Positions 20,815 to 30,972 of a stretch of 64,000 bases of DNA are shown in pieces. Both the position numbers and the translations under genes were made by a program. The notes under the pieces are model-generated. The model made no database searches, had not been told where the DNA came from, and worked only from the letters and a program-made list of their open reading frames with translations. Position 1 is the first letter of the stretch. The number at the start of each line of letters is the position of its first letter. The stretch comes from Vicinamibacteria bacterium (GTDB lineage Bacteria; Acidobacteriota; Vicinamibacteria; Vicinamibacterales; JAENWD01), in assembly GCA_963832135.1 (NCBI GenBank), contig CAWHTD010000009.1, forward strand, positions 2,012,166 to 2,076,165. The letters run 5' to 3'.

Positions 20815-21229
20815 CCGGCGAGCGCCACCTCTACGCGGTGCCGGCGCGATTGGCGCTCAATCAATGGGCGCTGGCCGGCGAATGGACGATGGCCAGTCAG
20901 GTCAGCACGCTGAACGGAGCGCCCGGGCGGATCGTGTGCCGCTTTCATGCGCGCGATCTGCACCTGGTCCTGGGACCGCCACAGGGCGGGATGCCGGTGC
21001 GGGCCGCGTGTCAATCGACGGCCGCCCGCCAGGACCGGCTCACGGCGTCGACGTGGATGAGGGCGGCAACGGCACGGTTGCTGAGCAGCGGTTGTATCAG
21101 CCGATCCGGCAGCCAGCACCGATCGTCGACCGGCGATTCGAGATCGAGTTCCTGGACGCTGGCCTGGAGGCGTTTGCCTTCACGTTCGGAGGATCGTCGC
21201 GACCTTCCCTGACATTACGGCGAGTGTAA
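20815..21229 (+). pseudogene. Fragment resembling the C-terminal domain of DipZ-type thiol:disulfide interchange proteins (frameshifted)
   Basis: LYAVPARLALNQWALAGEWTM...IVCRFHARDLHLVLGP in one frame is followed in another by IDGRPPGPAHGVDVDEGGNGTVAEQRLYQPIRQ...RRFEIEFLDAGLEAFAFTFG. No N-terminal membrane or thioredoxin part is present. Confidence 0.5.
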
Positions 21230-21351
21230 GGTCGTACGTCGCCCGTAAGGGCATTATCCCTACGAGAAGTGGCAAACGACGGACGTGGCGCGCGCACGGC
21301 TCGCCCGAAAGGCACGTCAATTGCTTGGCGCCGCGGACGGAGGACGTCGTC

Positions 21352-23103
21352 ATGCTCAAAGGTCGCCTCGCGTTCGACGTGCGGATCGTTGCGGTCATCC
21401 TCACCACTGTCGCGATTCTGTGGCCTTCGGTAGGCGCCGAGCGCTCGCGGGCGGCCAGCCCTCCAGGGCCTTATGCGCTCACCGACCTCGGAACGCTCGG
21501 CGGATTGAGTGCGCAGGCCCTCGACGTCAACGACCTCGGTCAGGTCGTTGGTTATGCGACGACGGCCGCTTCACAAGCGCGCGGCTACATCTGGCGCAAC
21601 GGCGCGATGACCGATCTGGGGACGTTGGCGGGAACGAGCTCTGTCGCCTACGGGATCAACGCCCAGGGCGCCGCAGTTGGACGATCGACGATCGGCACGA
21701 ACTCGACGACGCACGCCGTTCTCTGGGAGAACGGCACAAAAATCGACCTCACGCCGGGCGCAGTCAGCGGCACCAGCGCGGCCAACGCGATCAACAACGC
21801 GAGACAGATCGTCGGCACGGCGGGTAACGGGTCGGGGTTCCTCTGGGAAGATGGCGTGTTGACCGTACTCGGCCATCTTGGCGGCGGCGCAGCGTATGCC
21901 GCGGACATCAACGAGAACGGGCAGATCGTCGGCTCGTCGAATACGAACATCGTCATCAACGAGCTCGGGCCCCTGGTGCATGCATTCGTCTGGAACGAAG
22001 GCGTGATGACCGACCTGGGCATGCTGCCCGGCGACGAGGAAAGCGGCGCAGCGGCGATCAACAATCTCGGACAAATCGTGGGCTCGTCGAGCGTCACCGA
22101 TCCGCTGACGTATGCGACGACCTCGCGCTCGATCCTCTACGAGAACGGTGTGATGGTGGCGCTCGCCGTGCCGAGCTCCGAGAGCTACGCGTCGGATATC
22201 AACGATGCAGGCATGGTAGTGGGCACGATGAGAACGGGCGTGTTCCATAGCAATTTCGACGCCTACATCTACGCCGACGGTGTCGCGACGAATCTCAACA
22301 CGCTGGTGCCGTCCGGTTCAGGCCTGCATCTGGTGACGGCAACCGGGATCAACAGTGCGGGGCAAATCGTGGGATGGGCGGTCGACTCGCGTAACGCGTA
22401 TCACGCCTTCTTGTTGACGCCGATCGTGGCGGGCACGCCAGCGATCAACGTTGCTGACAACTCTGTCATCGAGGGCAACTCCGGCGCGCACGAGCTTCGT
22501 TTCACCGTGGCACTCGGCGCATCCGCCACGCAGGCAGTCACCGTCTCCTACAGCACGGCCAATGCAACCGCCACGGCTCCCGGCGACTACGCGGCGACCT
22601 CCGGCCTCTTGACGTTCGAGCCGGGTCAGACGACGCGGACGGTCTCGGTTCAGGTCAATGGCGATCGGATCGGCGAGCCGGACGAAGTGATCCTGTTGAA
22701 CCTGTCACAGCCCTCCGGCGCCACCATCGGGGACGGCCAGGGCCGCGGCACGATCACGGACGACGAACCGCGGGCTTCGGTCGGCGATGTCGCGAAGAAC
22801 GAGGGGAATTCCAGCACCACGCAGTTCGTCTTCACGGTCGGTCTCTCCGCTCCGTCCACCGCGGCGACGAGCGTGAACTTCGCGACGGCGGACGGCTCCG
22901 CGAAAGCCGGCGAGGACTACGACGCCAGGACCGGGACAGTCACGTTCAATGCAGGCGAAACGACGAAGACGATCGCCATTACGGTCAGGGGAGACAGGAA
23001 GAGTGAGCTCAACGAGGTCTTCTGGGTGAATCTGTCAGGAGGGGCCGGCGTATTCCTCGGTGACTGGTCGGGTTCTGGTACGATTCGCAATGACGATCGC
23101 TAA
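21352..23103 (+). CDS. Secreted HAF-family extracellular-repeat protein with two C-terminal Calx-beta domains
   Basis: 592-aa ORF (internal Met start) with signal-like MLKGRLAFDVRIVAVILTTVAILWPSVGA. It has repeated G..A.AINN.GQIVG units and HAFLLTP, then two ...GDY....G.LTF.PG.TT.T..V.V.GD...E..E... modules. Confidence 0.8.
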   Translation: MLKGRLAFDVRIVAVILTTVAILWPSVGAERSRAASPPGPYALTDLGTLGGLSAQALDVNDLGQVVGYATTAASQARGYIWRNGAMTDLGTLAGTSSVAYGINAQGAAVGRSTIGTNSTTHAVLWENGTKIDLTPGAVSGTSAANAINNARQIVGTAGNGSGFLWEDGVLTVLGHLGGGAAYAADINENGQIVGSSNTNIVINELGPLVHAFVWNEGVMTDLGMLPGDEESGAAAINNLGQIVGSSSVTDPLTYATTSRSILYENGVMVALAVPSSESYASDINDAGMVVGTMRTGVFHSNFDAYIYADGVATNLNTLVPSGSGLHLVTATGINSAGQIVGWAVDSRNAYHAFLLTPIVAGTPAINVADNSVIEGNSGAHELRFTVALGASATQAVTVSYSTANATATAPGDYAATSGLLTFEPGQTTRTVSVQVNGDRIGEPDEVILLNLSQPSGATIGDGQGRGTITDDEPRASVGDVAKNEGNSSTTQFVFTVGLSAPSTAATSVNFATADGSAKAGEDYDARTGTVTFNAGETTKTIAITVRGDRKSELNEVFWVNLSGGAGVFLGDWSGSGTIRNDDR

Positions 23104-23120
23104 TCCGGCGCGAGGGGCGT

Positions 23121-24436
23121 TTGGTGCTGCAGGATCCGACGGCATGGAAGGACGACCTCGCCTTCTACATGAGCGAGGAGGACGTCGCAGACCAGGTATC
23201 GGCCATCGATCCGCTGCTCCAGACGGGATCGAAGGCTGCGACCGCTGCGTGGGTGGGGATCGCCGGCACGCTGGGCGGCGCCTTTGGCGCCATCACCATT
23301 AGCCCTGCGGTCCGGCGACCGCTCCTCTTCGCCGCTTACCTGGTCGTCGCCGCCGTGCTGCTGCGCAGGGTGTACCCGCTAACCGTGCGGCTCCTGGGCA
23401 AAGGTGCTGGCTGGCTCGCGATGTTCGCGTTCTTCTGGACGTCGCTCCTGGGGCTCAGTGTCGTGTTCGTGGCCGGGATCGAATCCCGCTGGCTGGCCTA
23501 CGGCCTCGGCATCGGAGCCGGTGCGTTCATCGGGATGATGTACGGCGCCTTCCCGCCGGACGTCGCCCGGAAGGACAACCCGTGGATGCTGGCGTTTCTG
23601 GTCGCGCCCGTCGGCGCCTTCGCCGGCGTCTACTTCCTGCGTCACGGCGGCATGCCCGGCACGATTGCCGGCGTGGCCGCCGCCGGCGCAATTGCGGCGG
23701 GCCTGCTGATGGCGCCGATGAGCGTGCTGCTGGTCAAGCTGTGGGACGAGGCGCAGTCGCTCGCCGACCTCGGTCTGCTCTATCTGCACAACGACACGTT
23801 CGCGCCCAAAGCCGTCGCCTATCTCGATCGGGCGATTGCGCTCGATCCGCAGAAGGCGCAGGTACTACAACTTGCGCGGGGTCGGCCTGGCCCAGATGCA
23901 CGAGCCCGAACGGGCAACGGTCGATTGGGACACGGCGTGCAGGTTGGCGCCAAAGGATCCGGAACCGCACGTCCAGCGCGGCGTCGATCAACTGCGGCGC
24001 GGCAACCTCGCCGACGCGATTCGCGCATTCGAGTCCGCGCTCGCGAACGATCCCAATCATGCCAGGGCTCATGCCTATCTTGGCGCCGCGTGGGAGCAGC
24101 ATCAGGATCTGACACGCGCCTTCGACCACTACGATCGCGCGATTGCCCTTGCGCCAGCCGACGCGAAAGTCCATTGCGATCGCAGCTTCGCCTGCGTCCG
24201 GAGCGGTGACTCTGCTCGGGCGCTGTAAGACGCCGATCGCGCCGTGCGCCTCCAGCACCACCGTGGAATCGCGCATGCGGCCCGCGCACAAGCGCTCCTG
24301 AGCGCTGCGGCGGTTCCGGGAAGCGGCAGAGAGTTTTCAGGAAGCGCTCGAGCACGGCCTCGAGCCGCACGTCCACGAGGACCTGCTCCGCAAGCTCGAG
24401 ACCGTGCGCGGTGGAGAACGTGAGGAGCGCGGTTGA
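23121..24436 (+). pseudogene. Multi-pass membrane protein fused to TPR repeats, disrupted (frameshifts near 23,860 and ~24,310; in-frame TAA at 24,226-24,228)
   Basis: The N-terminal half has several hydrophobic helices. TPR-like text continues across three frames: AVAYLDRAIALDPQKAQ | YYNLRGVGLAQMHEP...AIALAPADAKVHCDRSF...SARAL* | DADRAVRL... | RFREAAESFQEALEHGLEP.... Confidence 0.6.
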
Positions 24437-25250
24437 AGACGCCGGTCACCGGCGGCTCGCAGAGAGCAGCGCATCTGCGCCTGATCGTGCTCGTCCTCGA
24501 GGGATACGCGTATCTCGCCTTGATCGTTGCGACGTTTCTCGCTGGGCCGGCAATCCTGGTCTAGGGTGTGCTGGCCCACCGGCCGTTCGCTGCGATCGCG
24601 GCGGTCCTGGTCGGTGTTCCGGTCACCGTCACGATGGCGCGGGCGCTTGGCGCGCTCTGGTTCGCGTTCGAGGACCCGAAGGGCGTCGAGATCGGGCCGC
24701 ACTTCGGCGCGCGGCTGCACCGCGAGGTCCGGGAGATTGCGAGGCGTGTCGGCGCCCCCGCGGTCCAACGCATCGTCGTGAACGGCGCGAACAATGCCTC
24801 GGCAATGCAGCTGCCCCGCATCGGCGTGTTCTGGCCGAAGAACACGCTCTGCCTGGGTACCCGCTGCTCGCCACGCTCTCGTCGGATCAGATGCGCGCCG
24901 TCATCGCTCACGAGGCTGGGCCACATGACGCACGCCCACGGACGCGTGGCGAGTTGGGTCCATCGGACGCGGTGCGCGGATCCACGGGTCGACGGCGGCG
25001 CCCTGGCGCGTCGACTCTCCAGCGAGCCCGAAGTGCTTCGCGCGTTCCTCGCCGCCAAAGAGTTGCGCTACTCAACCGGCACGCTGACCGTGTTGGCGGG
25101 TGCTCACGAAGCACGGCAGCGCCGGCGATCTTGGCGAGCGGTTGTACCGCGACGGTCTCTTGCCGCGCGACGCCATGGTGGCCGCCATCGGCCGACACGA
25201 CCACGGCCTCGAGGTTGCGCTTGGGCCGAGTGCAGTCATCTACGAACGTC
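24433..25250 (+). pseudogene. M48 (HtpX-like) zinc metallopeptidase, disrupted
   Basis: TTG start overlaps the upstream stop. An in-frame TAG lies at ~24,561. The HExxH motif is split by a 1-nt insertion: VIAHE + g + LGHMTHAHGR (cacgagGctgggccacatg). The 3' end is uncertain. Confidence 0.5.
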
Positions 25251-25289
25251 AATGACGGCGAGCCGGGTTACACGGCCAGGGCGCACCCG

Positions 25290-26010
25290 CTATCGGACGC
25301 CACCAGTCTCGATGTCCGCCGCGAATTCGTCCGGCAGATCGCTGGCCCGAATCGCATCGGTAACTTTTCGCACGCCGTACTCGATGCGTCGGAATGTCAC
25401 TGCCGGGTCGTGCTTCAGATCGGCGATGGCGTAGCACGCGCGCCAATCCCCGTCTTTGGGCTTGCCCACGGATCCCACGTTGATGAACAGCACTCCGTCG
25501 ACGTTCTTGACGTACGGCTTGTGGGTATGTCCAAAGACGATGATGTCCGCATTCGAGGATGCGGCCAGCCGCTGAAAACTCGAGATCGGCCGATCCTCGA
25601 ACAGGTACTCATTCATCTTTCTCGGGCTGCCATGGACGAGGAGAACGCGCTGGCCCTCCGCCTCGCACTGGATCTGCGGCGAGAGCCCTCGTAGGAACGC
25701 CTTGTTTCCCAAGGTGGTGTGAGCCCTGGTCCATGCCAGCGACCGATCACCGAGCAGGCGGTCTCGTTCCTCGCGATACGCGCACCCGCACTCGTCGCGA
25801 TCGTAGCCAATGCCGTCGTCGTAGTTGCCCATGATCGTTGGGATGTCGTCGCGTTGGATCCTTTCGACCCACCTCATTGGGAAAGGCGGCGTACTCGACG
25901 AGGTCGCCCAGGCAGTATGTGGCGTCCGGCTTCTGGCGGGCGATATCGTCGAGGACCGCCTCGAGTGCCGGCAGGTTGCCGTGGATGTCACTGAATAGCG
26001 CGATCCGCAT
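25290..26010 (-). pseudogene. Metallophosphoesterase (YfcE/MJ0936-like), one apparent frameshift near 25,870
   Basis: N-terminus [23 protein letters not shown]...YCLGDLV (ORF 25747..26025) continues in ORF 25290..25991 as ...MGNYDD...LLVHGSP...IIVFGHTHKPY...INVGSVGKP. Confidence 0.7.
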
Positions 26011-26091
26011 GACGTGTCTCCGCATTGGCTGATGACGACTGCGGCTGCGCGAGCACGACGGTGAGACGCTTATCGAGCGTTCTCACCGGTA

Positions 26092-26452
26092 TTCGGGTTC
26101 GCGCTGAGTACGGCCGATCGCATCCAGCTGTCGCTGGAGCGCCAGCTTGTCGAGCATGTCCAGCCGCAGACTGGTGAAGATCTTCACACGCGCGTCGAGC
26201 TCCCGGAATGCTCGATTGAACGCCCGTTCGCGCTGCTCGAGCGAGCCTTCTACTGCCGCCGGATCGACAATGCCCCAATTGCGCGGTCATCGGCTGACCG
26301 GGCCAGGTGGGACACATCTCCTCGGCGGCGCGATCGCAGACCGTGGAGACGAAGTCGAGAGGAGCCGAGCCAGGCCCTGCAAACTCGTCCCAGCTCTTGC
26401 TCGATAAGCCCTCGACCGAGAGTCGATTCCTCTTCAGAATCTCGAGTGCCAA
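26092..26452 (-). pseudogene. arsC: Arsenate reductase-like LMW phosphotyrosine phosphatase (ArsC type), frameshifted; N-terminal catalytic loop not recovered
   Basis: ALEILKRNRLSVEGLSSKSWDEF...FVSTVCDRAAEEMCPTWPGQPMTAQ is followed, after a 1-nt insertion (caaTtgggg), by WGIVDPAAVEGSLEQRERAFNRAFRELDARVKIFTSL.... The stop is at 26,092-26,094. Confidence 0.55.
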
Positions 26453-26633
26453 GGGATTGCTGAATGACTATGAGCGAGCCGCGTGAAGTGTTCGGCCGCA
26501 GGCGGCACCCGCTCGGCGGCGAATTTGGGACAATACCGGCTGACGCCTGCGTCGCGGGTGACGGCCGGGAGGCGCAGATCGTGGCGGCGACCGCATCCCC
26601 GCACGGACCCGTGAGCCTCACGGTCTGTGATCG

Positions 26634-28346
26634 CTATCGCCAGTCTCCGGAGACTGCCCCCACCGTCGCTGCCTCGAGCGCGTCGATCGCCGCCCCCGGA
26701 TCCTTGCCGTCGGTGGCGGCATTCTTATACGGACTGGCAGGGCCAAGGCGGTAATTGCCGCGCGAGAGGTCCACGAAGCCGACCTCGCCATCGGTGGCCG
26801 GAAAGAAGTTTCGTGGATACCCCAAGTAATCGGTGGACGCGCTTCCGGTCAGGACGTTCCCAGCGAAGTTGGGAGCGAGATAGAACGTGTTGAGCGTCTG
26901 GCTGCCGTCCCGCGTGACGGGCGGGGAGGGGACCGGCCAGTTCTTCGTCCCTCCCGCGAATCCGTGCGTCCGCTTCGGAGCAATGTTGTTGCGGAACATA
27001 AAGGCGCGGTGCACCGCGACGGGCTTGTCTCCCGTGTACGCACTCCAGGCGTTCGAGAACCCCGTGTTGTGCTCGACCGTCAGTTCCAGAATCCCCGTGT
27101 CACGAGAATCAAGAGAGAGGAACTGGAAGAGCCGCCCCGTGCCGCCCCAATTCTCGGAGCTGATGTCGTCGAGCAGGTTGTCCTGGATCAGGATGCGCTT
27201 GGTCTGCTGGCTGGGGAAGTTGTTGTCCGCGGCGAGGATGTTGAACCCGCCCCCTGAGTGACGGAGGATGTTCTTCCTGAACGTCACGTCCTCGACCGAG
27301 GACCACGGTGCTCCACCCTCCTGGTTCCGGACGGTGAAGAGGATGGCGAACCCATTCTGGTCGTGCCGCCAGTTGTGTTCGAGGAGATTGCCCTCGGCGA
27401 GCACCCGGCGGGCGTTTTTCAGCTCGAAAAGATTCTTGACCGACCACGGCCTCCCGGCATAAGTCGGGTGCCCGATCTTCCAGGATAGCGGCTTGAAGAA
27501 ATGGTTGCGGCGGATCTCGATATCGGAGGGGACGAGATCCGGAATGGTTGGATCGGCTCCCCCGAACATGAGGTTCTCCCCCGCTCCTTCGAGGTGATTG
27601 TTGACGATCTTGAAGGGGCCGGGGCCGTTCCAACCGCTGATCGCCTGTGAGTCCGCTCCCACTTCATGGAAATCGGAGAGGTAGGAATCAACCACCGCCA
27701 TCCTGGCGCCGTTCATGGCGATGCCGCGCCGGACGCTTCCGGTGGCGGTGCCGTGGATATAGCAGCGGTCGAAGACGATATCGGTGGGGACTTGACTCAG
27801 GGAAGTCTGCCCACCTTCGGACTCCAGGTAGACAACGTTATTATCCGAGTAGGGCCCGGTGCTCGGGGTGGTGCCCCTCGCGGTGACTTCGATCCCGACG
27901 AACCGGTAGTGGTGGGCGGCGGCGGCAGTTGTGATGGCCGGCGCCTTATTGGGGGTGTCGATCCTGGGCATAAGGCTCGCATGCGAGGGAAAGACACGAG
28001 TGCCGGGGTCGGAGAGAAGCCCATGCGCCGACGAACGGATGTAGATCCAACCGGTCCCAGGTTTCTTGGGCAGGATGAAGTTCCCGGTGAAGGTGGCGCC
28101 GGCTTGGAGCTCGATCACGTCTCCCGGCTTGGAGGCATTGAGGGCGGCCTGGAGATCGCCGCCGGCCCTCACGGCGACGAGCTTGCCTCGCGTGGGCGGC
28201 GAGTACGTGGTGTCGAGGAAGACCCGCGGCAACTCGGGCTCGGTCTGGGCGAGGGCTCGCACGGGCAGCAGGGAGGTCGTGGAGACAAACGCGATGATAA
28301 AGGCCAGCCGGGCGCGACGGGCGGGCGACCCCGTTCCCAAAAACAT
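26634..28346 (-). CDS. Secreted right-handed parallel beta-helix (pectate-lyase-fold) protein
   Basis: 570-aa ORF with signal peptide (...LLPVRALAQT) and repeated hydrophobic/Asn-rich turns: VDSYLSD, IVNNHLEG, IRRNHF, FRKNIL, IQDNLL, FRNNI. Confidence 0.7.
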   Translation of the reverse strand: MFLGTGSPARRARLAFIIAFVSTTSLLPVRALAQTEPELPRVFLDTTYSPPTRGKLVAVRAGGDLQAALNASKPGDVIELQAGATFTGNFILPKKPGTGWIYIRSSAHGLLSDPGTRVFPSHASLMPRIDTPNKAPAITTAAAAHHYRFVGIEVTARGTTPSTGPYSDNNVVYLESEGGQTSLSQVPTDIVFDRCYIHGTATGSVRRGIAMNGARMAVVDSYLSDFHEVGADSQAISGWNGPGPFKIVNNHLEGAGENLMFGGADPTIPDLVPSDIEIRRNHFFKPLSWKIGHPTYAGRPWSVKNLFELKNARRVLAEGNLLEHNWRHDQNGFAILFTVRNQEGGAPWSSVEDVTFRKNILRHSGGGFNILAADNNFPSQQTKRILIQDNLLDDISSENWGGTGRLFQFLSLDSRDTGILELTVEHNTGFSNAWSAYTGDKPVAVHRAFMFRNNIAPKRTHGFAGGTKNWPVPSPPVTRDGSQTLNTFYLAPNFAGNVLTGSASTDYLGYPRNFFPATDGEVGFVDLSRGNYRLGPASPYKNAATDGKDPGAAIDALEAATVGAVSGDWR

Positions 28347-28373
28347 CGTGGTCTCCGTTCTGACATCAACCCA

Positions 28374-28396
28374 GAATCGAATCCTACCTGAGGACC
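28374..28396 (+). repeat. Degenerate third copy of the tRNA-Asn 3' end (possible eroded att site)
   Basis: gaatcgaatcctacctgaggacc versus tRNA ggttcgaatccagcctgaggagc: about 18 of 23 identical, including cgaatcc and cctgagga. My rough estimate is that such a match is somewhat unlikely by chance in 64 kb, but it is not compelling on its own. Confidence 0.35.
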
Positions 28397-28623
28397 CAAC
28401 CTCTCACGAAAATCGCTCCGAAGCTCACGGCTGTGCCTACCAAAAACTCGATCTCGTCAAATCCCGGGGTTGGCGAGGAGCCTTCTGGAACACGAGTGCG
28501 GTTCGGTTGAACAGACCGGCGCTCGTTCTATTTCCGATCGCGATCAGTCGTCGGTGATTCCGCAATCGATCGGCTGCTTCGGAGAGCGGCGGCGAGCTGG
28601 GTGGGAGAGTTGGGCAGTCTGGG

Positions 28624-28870
28624 TCAGGCCGCGTGTCGCTCGTACCGGTGATGAAGCCCGCCGACCTGCGGGATCGCCACGACACACCCATCGCTCGGCG
28701 CGGCAGTCGGGCGAGGGAGTGTGGCGTCCTTCTTCAGCGACAGGTGAGTGCGTGATTGTTCGTAGTAGGCGAGTAGAGGTTCATGAGCCGCTGCAGTCCG
28801 GCCGCCCCAAACACGATGACGTGGTCCAGACACTCGCGTCGTGGCGGGCGTCGCGATCTGGATCGCGTGG
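28624..28870 (-). pseudogene. rve-type IS transposase, C-terminal fragment (frameshifted)
   Basis: RECLDHVIVFGAAGLQRLMN | LLAYYEQSRTHLSLKKDA...IPQVGGLHHRYERHAA parallels the C-terminus of the intact copy at 11,531. Confidence 0.7.
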
Positions 28871-29084
28871 CGCCAATCTGGCCAGACCCTCGAGAGCCAG
28901 GCACAGCCTTGCTCGGCCCCTACAGTCTTCGACTCTGAGACAGGCCGCCGGCGCGGGACTCTATTCGCGCGGGGGCCCTGAGCGACACTCGGAGCCTGAA
29001 TCGGCAGCCAGTCGATCGTCGAAGTTAGTGATCTAGCCGCTAAGTTGTCGTCTTCACCTCGGCGGTCGTCGCCTCGAGCGCAAC

Positions 29085-29200
29085 ATGCAGTCGGACGATC
29101 CCGACTTCGAATCGAAGGCCGCCGACGTCATCGGCCTGTACATCAATCGACCTGACCACGCGCCCGTTTTCGCCGTCGACGAGAAGGCGGCCAGTCGAAC
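29085..29200 (+). pseudogene. Short fragment resembling an IS630-family transposase
   Basis: MQSDDPDFESKAADVIGLYINRPDHAPVFAVDEKAAS resembles the DP.FE.K..D.VGLY..PP....V...DEK motif of IS630-type transposases. Only ~40 codons are recognisable. Confidence 0.4.
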
Positions 29201-29494
29201 CCTGACGTCGGCCTCGGCGCATTACTCGGCCGCACGCGTAGCGGTGCCAAAAGCGAGAGCGGCACGATTCAACGGTCGGAAAACGTGGAAGGCCGCCGAA
29301 GGGGTCGCACCCGTAGGGGCTGCGATCGACGCGTTGCCCTTTTCTTGCCCTTTGACTGCTACAAACTCCAGCAACTGGCGGCAATGGCCGACACAAAGCG
29401 AATGTCAAAATCCGCACCGCTCTGCCGACAGAGAAAAGCATCCGGCAAGGCGAAGCAACCGGACGCGATGTCCGGCTAACGCCGTTTGTTCCGC

Positions 29495-29540
29495 CTGTTA
29501 ACCGGAGGGTTGCTGGTTCGAATCCAGCCTGAGGAGCCAG
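29495..29540 (+). repeat. attR-like 46-bp direct repeat: orphan 3' half of tRNA-Asn
   Basis: Identical to 335-380. No 5' half of a tRNA precedes it. Confidence 0.85.
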
Positions 29541-29953
29541 TTTCACTTGTGAAGTCGTTGATTTCTGCAGTCTTGAGCGCCGTTCTTGACGCCATGGATT
29601 GGCTCGCCGGCGTTGCGACCCGTCGCGTGCGCAACCGCGTACGGACAGTCCGGCATGCGCTGGTTGTATAAGGCTTGCAGTGTGGTGAGCACCGTGGCAT
29701 TCAGTGGCAGCGCGTGAGGCCGCCCGCTTTTCGTGCGCGGAATCCGAAGAACGCGGTTGAGGAAGTCCACCTGGTCCCAACGAAGGTGGAACAGGCTGCC
29801 CCTTCGTAATCCCGTGTGCACCGACAGGATGATCTTCTCGGCCAGGAACGGCGATGTTTCAATCCTGTTCGCAGCCTGCAGGAGCCGACTGTACTCATCT
29901 TCGGTGAGGTATCGGAGGCGCGAATTGTCTTCCTTGAAAAACTTGACCCGACG
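29541..29953 (-). pseudogene. Tyrosine recombinase (phage-type integrase), internal fragment
   Basis: VKFFKEDNSRLRYLTEDEYSRLLQAA...ILSVHTGLRRGSLFHLRWDQVDFLNRVLRIPRTKSGRPHALPLN...L carries the catalytic-domain Arg box. The text shifts frame (ALKTAEINDF) and stops at the att repeat before the HxxR/Tyr region. The N-terminal domain is replaced by an IS fragment. Confidence 0.7.
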
Positions 29954-29954
29954 C

Positions 29955-30330
29955 ACAGGATTCGATGAAGCGCTCGACGAACGCATTGTGCCAAGGCGCG
30001 TGCGGTGTCGTGAGCACCTCCTCAATCCCCATCGCCTTCGCGGTGGCGCCTAGGCAAGCGAACGCATGATCGCGATCGTGGATTAGGTATCGACGTGCCT
30101 CGTCCCACGGAAACGCCTCGCGAAGCTGTTGGGCCGTCCACGCCGCCGTCGGATGCGCGGTGACCGAGACGTGTGTGATGCATCGTCGATCGTGGGCGAG
30201 CAGCACCAGGACGAACAAGAGGCGATACGTCGCAGTCGGGACGACGAAGAAGTCGGCCGCCACGATCTGGCCGGTGTGATTCCGCAACAACGTGCGCCAG
30301 GTCTCCAGGGAGGTTGCCGCCGGCGCCTGT
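29955..30330 (-). pseudogene. rve-type IS transposase, central fragment
   Basis: WRTLLRNHTGQIVAADFFVVPTATYRLLFVLVLLAHDRRCITHVSVTAHPTAAWTAQQLREAFPWDEARRYLIHDRDHAF...PWHNAFVERFI parallels the intact copy. It is truncated at both ends. Confidence 0.75.
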
Positions 30331-30801
30331 CCTTCGCCAATACTGGATCGGCATCATTTTGCGGGGGACGCCTTTCTGAGATGTTGCCCTTTTCTTGCCC
30401 TTTCGGTGCAACAAGGAGCGGCAAACGGCAGCAAAGGGTGGCACAAAGCGAATGCTGATAATCGTTCGACTCTCGCTGCGACGATGCCCGTAATGTCCCA
30501 CGGCTGGATCGACGGGCGAAAGGAAACCCCGGCCAGTGATCGTAATAGACTCCCGCCGTGACCGCCTCAACGCTCCAGCTGCTCCTCGCCGCACTCACCG
30601 GGTATCTGGACCTATAGGGTGCATATATTCAGATTGACAGTGCCCCGCACGGGTGGCCGAACTGGTGCAGCTATTCGGTGTGCCCAAAGCCACAGCGATC
30701 CAGGCGGTCACGGACCAAATGCGGGAAGAACGGGACGTAATACTCGAGGAACAGGACTGAAAGCTGCAGGCCCGCGGATTGGCACGGCTATTGGCGGCGA
30801 G

Positions 30802-30972
30802 TCAATGTCGTGGCCCTGCCGCGCACTCAAAGCGCTCGCCCGTCAGTGCAAAGAACCCGTCTGTGGGGCAAGCGTAAAGGTACGTCTGGGTCGGCTTGTC
30901 GTTGGCGATAAACTGCAAGGGTTTGCCGCACTGCGGACAGTTGAGCGGGATTGGGCCGCCCGACGTGTTCAT
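30802..30972 (-). CDS. Hypothetical 56-aa zinc-ribbon-like protein (below the ORF-track cutoff)
   Basis: Manual translation: MNTSGGPIPLNCPQCGKPLQFIANDKPTQTYLYACPTDGFFALTGERFECAAGPRH, with CPxC...C pairs. Confidence 0.3.
   Translation of the reverse strand: MNTSGGPIPLNCPQCGKPLQFIANDKPTQTYLYACPTDGFFALTGERFECAAGPRH

Noticed and set aside
24411-25694. 427-aa plus-strand ORF (and 24568..25434) taken at face value as one protein
   Set aside because: It is a chimera. The first part overlaps the real M48 peptidase remnants in shifting frames. The last ~130 codons run antisense through the metallophosphoesterase gene.
29476-30025. SSV-type arrangement, with attP inside the integrase gene so that integration splits int
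   Set aside because: Reading the integrase frame through the att repeat gives ...INDFTSETGSSGWIRTSNPP... instead of the expected HDLRH/Tyr region. No matching int C-terminal piece is seen next to the other att copy (381-860). Simple deletion or truncation explains the data better.
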